Below, piece by piece: positions 28,201-35,264 of a DNA stretch of 64,000 nucleotides. Under the pieces are notes generated by a model. That model saw nothing but the letters and a program-made list of their open reading frames with translations, searched no databases and was not told the DNA's origin. Where the stretch lies: positions 1 to 64,000 of the forward strand of contig JANOQV010000146.1 of NCBI GenBank assembly GCA_031414955.1, given 5' to 3'. The stretch is from Pedosphaera sp. (GTDB lineage: Bacteria > Verrucomicrobiota > Verrucomicrobiia > Limisphaerales > SIBH01). Both the position numbers and the translations under genes were made by a program. Each line of letters starts with the position of its first letter. Position 1 is the stretch's first letter.

Positions 28201-31112
28201 GCGCGCTCGGCCACGAGCTGGCGGATGAGGTCGAGCGGTGTTGCCGTGGTTGAAATGGTTTCGGGTTTCGGGTTCCGGGCTTCAGGTTCTTCAGCCGGCG
28301 CAGCCTCGCGCAGAATGGCGCTGGAGTCGGAAACGGGCGCAAGTTCGCAGGGATTGACGAAGAACTTCGGCTGCCAGTCGAGGCGAAACGGGCGCGTGAT
28401 GCGGCCTGAAAACAGGGCACGGGCGTTGACTGGTGCGCCCAGGGCGAACGCGGAGGCGACGGCCTGCCAGAGTCCGCGCAGCGATTCGCTTCCGGCGTCG
28501 ATGGACACGACGGGGGCTTTCACGGAGTCGCGGGCCAGGCCGCTCAGGACTTCGCCGGGACCGACCTCGATCCACAAGTCCACTTCGCGGTTGGCGATGG
28601 CCAGAGCCTCGATGAACTTCACGGGCGATGTGACCTGACGGGAAAGCAATTCGCCCAGGTCTTCCGTCGTGGTCAACGGTGCGCCGGTGACGGTGGAAAC
28701 GACGCGGCGCGACGGCGAGTGGATTTCCTCGCGGCTCAACTGCGCAACGAGCGCGGGCGCGGCGGCGGCGACGAGCGGCGTGTGGAAGGCGTGCGAGACG
28801 GCCAGCCTGGTGGCGCGCAGCCCGCGCGCCTGCGCGGTGGCGATGACGGCGGCGACGGAAGCGGCTTCGCCCGCGATGACGGTCTGATGCGGCGAGTTGT
28901 AGCCAACGATGGAAACAGATTCGCCGCGCAGCGCGAGGCTTTCCACCACGCTGGCGGGCGCGGCGATGGCGGCCATAGCGCCGGTCGGGCTGCCAAGTTC
29001 GGACATGGCGCGGCCCCGTTCGCGGGCGATGCGGAGCAAGGCTGCTTCATCGAAAGCCCCGGCCCAGTGCAGCGCGCAAATCTCCCCGAGGCTGTGGCCG
29101 ACCGCGACGCTGGCGGTGATGCCAAAAGTTTGGAGCAGCCTGGCCCCGGCCGCGGAGGCGGCGGCAATCGCGGGTTGCGCCACGGCGGTGGAGATGCCGT
29201 CGCTGTCCGCCGGCAGATTCGCCTCGACGTAGGTTGAGCGTGCGCTGTCGAAGCGGCGGCGGAAAATTCCGCCGCTGAGATTCGCGGGCGATCCCTGGCC
29301 GGGGAACAGAAAGCCGAGACGCGGCGCGGTGTCGCCGGAGCCGAGGAACAGGCCGGAGTCAAAGTCGAGTTTCGCGGTCACGCCGTCGAGCAACCAGGAG
29401 TGCAGCGTGGCAAGGCGTTCGGCGAATTGCACGGGAGTCGAAGCGATGAGCGCGGCGCGCGACCGTTGTGGAGCGCCGGTCTCCGACCCGGCATGATCGG
29501 CGTCACTCAACTCGCCGGGTCGGAGACCGGCGCTCCGGGCCAGTTCGGCGGCGACATCAGCGAGTTCCGAAAAGGAAAGCCGTGCGGCGAAGGTCAGCAG
29601 GTGTTCGATCTGCTTGAGCATCGCGTCGGTGTCATCGGTGGCGAGCAGGAAGATTTCGCAATCCTGGGCGGAGGCGCCGAGCGAAAGATCGCGCGGCGTG
29701 AGGGTCGCGTGGCGTGAGGTGGTCGTGTTCTCCAGCGTCAAGTGGGTGTTCATGCCGCCGAAACCCATCGCGCTCACCGAGGCGCGCAGCGGGCGGTCGC
29801 TACGCCACGGCTCCGGCTCGCGCAGCACGCGGAGCGCGGCGTTCGCCGCGGTGAGTTCGGCATGCGGACGTTCGCAGCCGGTGGTCGGGGGCAAGGTCTG
29901 CGTGTGGACGGCGAGGGTGGCCTTGATCAGTCCGGCGATTCCCGCCGCCGCCTTGGTGTGGCCGATGTTCGCCTTGATCGTGCCGATGACGGCGGGCGCG
30001 GCGTCGGCCCGGGCTTCGCGGCGCGCAGTGGAAATCACTTTCAGTTCCGTGGCGTCGCCGACGTTGGTGCCGGTGCCGTGGCCCTCGAAGTATTCCACGG
30101 TGTCGATGCCGTAGCCGGCGCGGCGATAGGCGCGGCGAATGGCCTGAAGCTGTCCATCAACTTCGGGGCGCGTGATGCCGCCCGCGCCGTCGGAGGAAAT
30201 CCCCCAACCGCGAATGGTGGCGTAGATGCGGCGGCCCGACGCGACCGCATCCTCGTGGCGCATGAGCGTGACGAAACCGCAGCCCTCTCCGGGCCAGAAG
30301 CCGGCGGAACGGGCATCGAACACGCGCATCAACTCGGGCGCGAGCGCGCCGGTCTTGGCGAAGCCGACGATCTCGAACGGATCGAGACTCAGATCGACAC
30401 CGCCGGCCAGGGCGACATCGAGGTCACCCGCCGCGAGCGAGGAACAGGCATTGGCCACGGCGAGCAGCGACGAGGCGCACGCGCCATCGACGGTGTAGCC
30501 GCCGCCCTTGAGATCGAACTGGTTGCAGATGCGGCCGGCGATGGTGTTGGAAAGTCCGCCCGCGAGCGTCTCCTCGCCGACGGGAGGGAAGGGGAGTTTG
30601 TACTTCACTTCGAGGGCGGTGAGAAATTCCCCGCGCTGTTCACCGGTCCAGCCTTGCTCGTTCAACGCCGCGTCGAGCGTGCGCCGCACGTACGGCCAGC
30701 GGAGGCGCATGAGGTTGGCGCGGGAGAATTCCCCCGTAAGCGTGTTGCCGAGAACCACGCCGGTGGTTTCGCGGGGAAGGCCGGCGGCGTCCTTGAACCC
30801 CGCGTCGGCCAGTGCCTGCGAGGCGACATCGAGCGCGAGCCAGTGCGCGAGGTCAGCCGAGCGGTAGGTGCTGCCCACGACTTTGAAGGCGACGCGGTCA
30901 AACTCGTAGCCTTCGATGACGGCGGCGTTGGCGGCGTAGGTCTTGTCCGGCGCGAGCGGGTCGGCGGAGAAATAATCCTCGCGGCGCAGGCGCTCGTCGG
31001 GGAGGCGGCGGAAGGCGCGGCGTTGCGCGAGCACGTTCTCCCAAAGCTGTGACGGCGTGCGGGCCTCGGGGTAGAGGCAGGCGAGACCGACGATGGAGAT
31101 GCCAGAGGTCAT
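25230..31112 (-). CDS. pksE: Iterative type I enediyne polyketide synthase (KS-AT-ACP-KR-DH-PPTase)
   Basis: KS DGACASSL / EGHGTGT / NIGHTKAAAG with enediyne-typical GNTLTGEFSRAN..RLRWPYVRR; AT GHSLGE and SHAFH; ACP DLHLNSI; KR TGGGKGIA, GEADYA; DH HVFHGEPLFPAV; PPTase GCDME..W.A.ECLKK. Start MTSGISIVG. Confidence 0.96.
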   Translation of the reverse strand: MTSGISIVGLACLYPEARTPSQLWENVLAQRRAFRRLPDERLRREDYFSADPLAPDKTYAANAAVIEGYEFDRVAFKVVGSTYRSADLAHWLALDVASQALADAGFKDAAGLPRETTGVVLGNTLTGEFSRANLMRLRWPYVRRTLDAALNEQGWTGEQRGEFLTALEVKYKLPFPPVGEETLAGGLSNTIAGRICNQFDLKGGGYTVDGACASSLLAVANACSSLAAGDLDVALAGGVDLSLDPFEIVGFAKTGALAPELMRVFDARSAGFWPGEGCGFVTLMRHEDAVASGRRIYATIRGWGISSDGAGGITRPEVDGQLQAIRRAYRRAGYGIDTVEYFEGHGTGTNVGDATELKVISTARREARADAAPAVIGTIKANIGHTKAAAGIAGLIKATLAVHTQTLPPTTGCERPHAELTAANAALRVLREPEPWRSDRPLRASVSAMGFGGMNTHLTLENTTTSRHATLTPRDLSLGASAQDCEIFLLATDDTDAMLKQIEHLLTFAARLSFSELADVAAELARSAGLRPGELSDADHAGSETGAPQRSRAALIASTPVQFAERLATLHSWLLDGVTAKLDFDSGLFLGSGDTAPRLGFLFPGQGSPANLSGGIFRRRFDSARSTYVEANLPADSDGISTAVAQPAIAAASAAGARLLQTFGITASVAVGHSLGEICALHWAGAFDEAALLRIARERGRAMSELGSPTGAMAAIAAPASVVESLALRGESVSIVGYNSPHQTVIAGEAASVAAVIATAQARGLRATRLAVSHAFHTPLVAAAAPALVAQLSREEIHSPSRRVVSTVTGAPLTTTEDLGELLSRQVTSPVKFIEALAIANREVDLWIEVGPGEVLSGLARDSVKAPVVSIDAGSESLRGLWQAVASAFALGAPVNARALFSGRITRPFRLDWQPKFFVNPCELAPVSDSSAILREAAPAEEPEARNPKPETISTTATPLDLIRQLVAERAELPVATVTSESRLLGDLHLNSISVGQIMAEAAKRLGLPPLIGLTDFATATVGRAAAALEELTRNRGAALNETERVPSGVDSWVRPFVCEWIEAPLGARTAESARNEGQSSAWQVFAIETDPLAAALRPALTSMPGAGVIVCLPPRIEAAQIRLLLASAKAALALGEGKFVLVQTGQRAGSLARTLHLESPTIHTLVLELPPQHPQAVEWIVRESALAHGHRDVRYDESGRRHELVMKALPFGDRGEMVPASVGALPLGPDDLLLVTGGGKGIAAECALHLARKSGARLVLMGRSQPATDAELSANLERFAAVKVRVRYVAADVTDETQVTMALTEVQRELGTITAFIHAAGANVPQLLGTLDETAFRRTLAPKIDGARHVLAALDPEKLRLFVTFGSIIGRAGLQGEADYAVANEWLTQLTEEFQTAHPRCRCLAAEWSVWSGVGMGARLGRIESLRQQGITPISPEAGVEILEELLRRELPATSVVISGRFGEMPTLNLTKPELPFRRFLEHTRVFYPGVELIVDSTLSSDSDPYVDEHVFHGEPLFPAVMGLEAMAQVAMALAGSSEPPSFENVELSRPVVVPRGGKNVIRVAALVRESGVIEVALRCEQTGFQADHFKAVCRFGGSAQQFVATKSHWPMADGRSPGSAAALDIERDLYDRLLFHTGRFRRVLNYRLLTARECAVQLAPYIGPDWFGRYLPQERVLGCGAVRDAAIHAIQACIPHARLLPVGVRRIVVGEVPCRMEQWHSGDCLPELLLHAREVKREGDTFEYDLELLGPGGAVLEAWQGLRLRKVEELSTDSAWPDGLFGPYVERRLEELLPAARISVSAARGAGSEESVRRLLGDDATLHHRADGKPEVPGGNHLSVTRAGDLTLAMSSTGSVGCDMEMISARTPETWRGLLGAERFRLAELVANGGDLDTAATRVWAALECLKKSGALSDAPLTLADRQPDGWITMQSGTRTVVTGVTKGREREETMVVGVCVE
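29470..29536. repeat. Perfect 23-bp inverted-repeat REP doublet lying in frame within pksE
   Basis: ggagcgccggtctccgacccggc ... gccgggtcggagaccggcgctcc; translated as SAGLRPG...AGSETGAP. Confidence 0.85.
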
Positions 31113-31117
31113 GTGGA

Positions 31118-31172
31118 AAACTCCAAACTCCAAACTCCAATCTCCAAATAAACACCAAGCTCCAAGCTCCAA
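31118..31172. repeat. Heptamer tandem repeat (AACTCCA/AGCTCCA) upstream of the pksE start
   Basis: aaactccaaactccaaactccaatctccaaataaacaccaagctccaagctccaa; same family as the 25091 array. Confidence 0.8.
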
Positions 31173-31248
31173 CAGCAGGTGGACGGCGTTGGATCGCTAT
31201 GCTGGCGACGCCGCACGCCTTCGCCATTCACCATGTGGCATTGGTCAT

Positions 31249-32223
31249 TCATGTGGCAGGGACGGCGTTGGTTTGCACGGGGGCTTGAGTCTTTTTCTCG
31301 ACAGGTTGTGGCGACGGGAACTTGCCGAGCATATTCCAGATGTGCAGTGAGATTCCGCGAATGGCGCAGACGGTCACGAGGGCGAAGAAGAGGCCAAAGA
31401 CGAGGTGCATCACCTGGAGGACGCCATAGACCATCGCGACGGAGAAACCGAACAGCGCCTGACGCCAGGGATGAATGGGCGTCGTGGCCGGGTCGGGCAC
31501 CATGTAGAGCGTGAAGACAATGAAGGCCGCGCTGCTCATGGGCATGAGCGGCACGTAGAGCGGCGTGCCGAAATACCAAGCGCGTAACAGGCCTTGCAGC
31601 ACGAAGCCGAGAATCCACGCGCCGCAGAGCGGGAGCCGGCCGGTGAAGCAGCCGTGGATGATGATGCCCGTGAGGAGAATGAAAGCTGGAATGACCCAGT
31701 GCCAAGCGCCGGTGATATTCTCGGTGAAATGATACGGCGGGGCGAAGCCGACCTGCGGGAAGAGCAGCAGCGTGGCGGCGATGCCGAAGTTCGAGGGGTT
31801 GAAGATGTGCTGGTAGTGGCCGTTCCCGACGGGCGCGCGGAAGAAAACTTTGGACGCGATGGAGAGCACAACGGCGAAGGCGATAGGCCAGAGCACCTCG
31901 TTCGGGTAAAGCAACATGCCGCAGGCAAAGCCGGGAATGAGCGCGGGCGGCAAGGCGTTGAGAAATGCGCCAGGGCCACCGGTGAAGCGGGGCGCGCGGT
32001 TCTTCGCTTTGGCATCGACCCAGTCCAGGAGGAATTGCGCGAAGATAGCCGTGGTGATGGCGACGATGGGCGAGGCCCACGATTGCTCGAAGCCGAGGAG
32101 AGTGTGGCCAAGGATGTTCCACACGATCATCAGGATGACGAAGTACCAGAGCGCGATGAGGCGCAGCTTCGGATTCTTCTGCGGGTAGAAGAGGACGGTG
32201 GTGTTGAAGGCGGAGGATTTCAT
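31249..32223 (-). CDS. unbU: Enediyne biosynthesis membrane protein UnbU (E5; RnfD/NqrB-like)
   Basis: NILGH..LGFEQ, MLLY.N, H.FNPSNFGI, PPYHFTE, F.LYM..DP.TTP, H.VFGLFFAL; translationally coupled to unbV. Confidence 0.9.
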   Translation of the reverse strand: MKSSAFNTTVLFYPQKNPKLRLIALWYFVILMIVWNILGHTLLGFEQSWASPIVAITTAIFAQFLLDWVDAKAKNRAPRFTGGPGAFLNALPPALIPGFACGMLLYPNEVLWPIAFAVVLSIASKVFFRAPVGNGHYQHIFNPSNFGIAATLLLFPQVGFAPPYHFTENITGAWHWVIPAFILLTGIIIHGCFTGRLPLCGAWILGFVLQGLLRAWYFGTPLYVPLMPMSSAAFIVFTLYMVPDPATTPIHPWRQALFGFSVAMVYGVLQVMHLVFGLFFALVTVCAIRGISLHIWNMLGKFPSPQPVEKKTQAPVQTNAVPAT

Positions 32224-34196
32224 TTGGGCGAAGAAAATTGGGCAACCTGGGAATTCACCTTGCCGAGGCGCACGGTGTGCCAGCCGGGCCTGAGTCGCAG
32301 TTCGGTGCGCTGCGGTTGGCCGGCGAGGTCGCGCCATTTCAGTTCCACACGTACCGGTTGATTCGCATCCACGCGGCCGAGGCCGAGGTGAATGTCAGGA
32401 CTGCGGCGGCCCGAGTGACCGCTGCCGCCATCGATCTGACCAAGGACTTTTTTCCCGTTCGCCAGGTGCGCAATGGCTTGCGCGCCAAACGCGGGCCGCC
32501 CCGCCGTGTCCGCACCGGGATGGCCGGCACGTTCGAGCAGCGGTGAATTCGCAGCGTCGGCCAGTGGGAGCAACAGGTGCAGGCCGAGGAACGCGCCGGT
32601 GTTCGTGGACTCGTTGTGGAAGAAGAACGACGGCTCCCATTGGTTGGCGAAGGCGAAGTCGAGGCGTCCGTCGCCATCCACGTCCGCCAGCGCGATGCCT
32701 TTGCTGACCATCGGCTCGTTGAAGCCGACCTGCGTGGCGACGTCGTAATAGCGCCCATCGGCGGCGCGCACGAAGAACGGGTTGATGTCGTGGCCGCTCA
32801 GATCCGCGCCGGGCTTGAAGGTCGGCCACACGCGCGGGTCGTGGACGATTTTGCTGTTGCTGGTGCCGAGCGCCTGGAGTTCGGGCCAGCGGTTGATCTT
32901 GCCCTTGAGAAAGCCGACCGCCTGCATCGCCTCGACCGTGCCGTCGTTGTCGAAGTCGGCGAGGCGGCAGTCCCAGCCCCAGCCGCTGCGCGAAAGGCCG
33001 AGCTTCTCGCTGTTTTGGAAATAGGGCGCGAGGCCCGACTTCATTGCGTCGAGTTGCCCGGTGCTCTGCCAGAGGAAATGGCTTTCGGTCAGGCCGAACT
33101 CGGTGGCGATGTTGCTCACGTAGATGTCGAACAGTCCGTCGCCGTTCACATCGCCGAAGTCGCAGCCCATGCCCTTGAAGGAGTCGTGGCCGAGCACGCA
33201 GGACTTGGGCGTGGTGAAATCGCGCCGGCCTTCCAGTTCAGCGAACTCCAGATGACCGGGCTTGGAACGGTTGTGCATCAGCCGGTCGGGACCGAAGTCG
33301 TTGCCGAAATAAATCTCGGGCAACTGGTCGCCATCAAGATCTGCGACGCCGATGGCGAGCGTCCACCCGCGCGTGACTTCAGGGCGGAAGACATCCTTCT
33401 GCTCGGCGAAGCTCACGGCGGGCGCGGTGCCGGCTTTGGCAGACTGCCAGAGGAAGACGTGCTTGTAGCCGCCGTTTAAGGCCTTGGCCTTGCCCTCGTG
33501 CATCGTCTCCACGCCGGTGGCCTTGGCATCGAGAATGCGCGCGCCGTCCTGGAAGTAATTTCCAATGATGAGGTCGACGTGACCGTCGCCATCGAGATCC
33601 GTCTGCACCGCGCCATTGGAATACCAGCGCTCGCCGCTCGCCGTCAGCTCGGTTGCGGTGTAGCTCGTGCGGGCCAGCGCTGCGCCCGACACGTTGCGCA
33701 AATAAATCACCGGGGTGCGGCCCCAGAAATAGACGAGCACGTCGGGCAGACCATCCTCGTTGAAGTCCCCGGCGAGAGCGCCCATCGGTGCGGTCGTGGC
33801 GGCGTCGAACGGCAGCGGAGCCGCGTCGAGAGCGAAGGGCGTGTAACGATTCCCGGTGCCAGGCGCGGGCGCGACGGTCACGAGATCAGTGCGCGGATCG
33901 ATGTGGATGAGATCGTTCGGCAGCCCGTCATCGTCGAGATCGGCGAAGGTCGCCCCGGCGCCGAGCGAGGAGATCCAGGCCGAGATGCGCGCCAGGCTCG
34001 GATGCACGGCGCGGACGCTCTTGTAGGGCGGATGGTTGGCGACCTCGGCCAGCGGGAGCTTGTGGAACTTGAAGCGCGCGGCCAGTTGCGCGGACTCGGT
34101 GGACGTGATTTTCGGATACTGCGTGGCGGCGTACAGTCCGAGCACCAGGGCGAGACCGGCGAGGCTGGCGGCGTAATGGCGAACTCCGTTCTTCAT
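32220..34196 (-). CDS. unbV: Enediyne biosynthesis protein UnbV (E4; CRTAC1/ASPIC, FG-GAP repeats)
   Basis: VHPSL..ISAWISS.GA, DLDxDG/DFNxDG repeats, NDFGPDRL, GHDSFKGMG, RWPELQ, DGGSGHSG.RS..HLGLG ASPIC/UnbV C-terminus. Confidence 0.92.
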   Translation of the reverse strand: MKNGVRHYAASLAGLALVLGLYAATQYPKITSTESAQLAARFKFHKLPLAEVANHPPYKSVRAVHPSLARISAWISSLGAGATFADLDDDGLPNDLIHIDPRTDLVTVAPAPGTGNRYTPFALDAAPLPFDAATTAPMGALAGDFNEDGLPDVLVYFWGRTPVIYLRNVSGAALARTSYTATELTASGERWYSNGAVQTDLDGDGHVDLIIGNYFQDGARILDAKATGVETMHEGKAKALNGGYKHVFLWQSAKAGTAPAVSFAEQKDVFRPEVTRGWTLAIGVADLDGDQLPEIYFGNDFGPDRLMHNRSKPGHLEFAELEGRRDFTTPKSCVLGHDSFKGMGCDFGDVNGDGLFDIYVSNIATEFGLTESHFLWQSTGQLDAMKSGLAPYFQNSEKLGLSRSGWGWDCRLADFDNDGTVEAMQAVGFLKGKINRWPELQALGTSNSKIVHDPRVWPTFKPGADLSGHDINPFFVRAADGRYYDVATQVGFNEPMVSKGIALADVDGDGRLDFAFANQWEPSFFFHNESTNTGAFLGLHLLLPLADAANSPLLERAGHPGADTAGRPAFGAQAIAHLANGKKVLGQIDGGSGHSGRRSPDIHLGLGRVDANQPVRVELKWRDLAGQPQRTELRLRPGWHTVRLGKVNSQVAQFSSPK

Positions 34197-35140
34197 CGGG
34201 TGATCTTTTTTCCGTTGGAGAAATTCTTCTGAATGCGCCGCCGCCAGACTTCAAACGCCGGTTCGTCGCCACTGGCGGGAAGGTTTTCCAGCGCGGCATC
34301 GGTCAGGGCGGAGGCGTCCGCGCTCGACATGCCGCAGAGCGCCCAGCAGGCGCGGTCAGCGTAGGGCGTGGGATTGCCGGCGTGATGCCGGGCCTTGGCG
34401 GCGAAGGCCGCGCCCTGGGCGAGTTGCGGATGGAATTTTCCGGCGGCGGCGACCAGCGACTTGAGTTCCTCCTCGCTCACTTCGCCGGCGTAAACGCTCG
34501 CGAGTCCCACGCCACTCCACAAATCAGCGCGGCGCGATTCAGCGAATCCGTTGATGGTCGCCGCCACTCGCGCAACCTCCGCGCCCTCGATGAACCACAG
34601 GCTCCGGCCCAATCCTTGATCGAACACCCGTTCCGCGTAGCCGCTGATGCGCTTCGGGCGCGGGCCGTCGTTCAGATACTTCGGCCAGTGGAAGAAACCT
34701 TCGTGGAAGCCGTAGCCGTCGATGACCAGCCAGCGGAGCAACGGGTCGAGGGACTGCATCTGCTTCTCGATCCGGCCCGGCAAACGCGCCGCCGCCCAGC
34801 CGATGGCGACATGCACCATGTAGGTGTGGGCGTCGCCGGGACCGGCGAGGAACTGCCGCACGCGATCCCGCCGCCACGGGGTGAGGCGATCCAGAATCGC
34901 CAGGGCCATGGCCGCGCCTTCATAGGCGAAGCCGCGTTCGGTCGCGGCGATGGAGTCCAGGCGCGGAACGAGGAAGGCATGGTCGGCGTTCTCCAGGGCG
35001 GCGTGGTATCCGGCCACGAACGTCGCGCCGACCTGCTCGATGCGTTCGCGGCGTCCATTCTCACCGCCGCGAAAACCGCGTCGCGCGAAAGTTGTTTCAA
35101 CTTCCGAAAGGCCGAACATGAGTTTCAGGATCGCGCCCAT
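34193..35140 (-). CDS. unbL: Enediyne biosynthesis protein UnbL (E3; DUF1702)
   Basis: F.RRGF, RGFAYEGAAM, H.YM.HV.IGWA, WL..DGYGFH, DQG.GRSLWF, DLWSG.GLA..YAG, AQGAAFAA; start MGAILK. Confidence 0.92.
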   Translation of the reverse strand: MGAILKLMFGLSEVETTFARRGFRGGENGRRERIEQVGATFVAGYHAALENADHAFLVPRLDSIAATERGFAYEGAAMALAILDRLTPWRRDRVRQFLAGPGDAHTYMVHVAIGWAAARLPGRIEKQMQSLDPLLRWLVIDGYGFHEGFFHWPKYLNDGPRPKRISGYAERVFDQGLGRSLWFIEGAEVARVAATINGFAESRRADLWSGVGLASVYAGEVSEEELKSLVAAAGKFHPQLAQGAAFAAKARHHAGNPTPYADRACWALCGMSSADASALTDAALENLPASGDEPAFEVWRRRIQKNFSNGKKITR

Positions 35141-35203
35141 AAAAGGCTTTTTCTTCGTGTTACGAGTCTGGTTATCGCATTTGCCAAGACCCATGCCGAG
35201 CAA

Positions 35204-35234
35204 GAAAAAGACCGGGATTGCTCCCGGTCTTTTC
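35204..35234. terminator. Intrinsic (probably bidirectional) terminator after the giant gene
   Basis: aaaagaccggga-ttgc-tcccggtctttt hairpin with A/T tracts on both sides. Confidence 0.8.
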
Positions 35235-35264
35235 TGATTCATTCCATTTCCACCAAGCGCCCGC

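Noticed and set aside
31113..31172. N-terminal extensions in the ORF track for pksE (MELGAWCL..) and the thioesterase (MVFEVWSL.., 25070-25153)
   Set aside because: These are translations of heptamer repeats; family similarity begins at the downstream ATGs.
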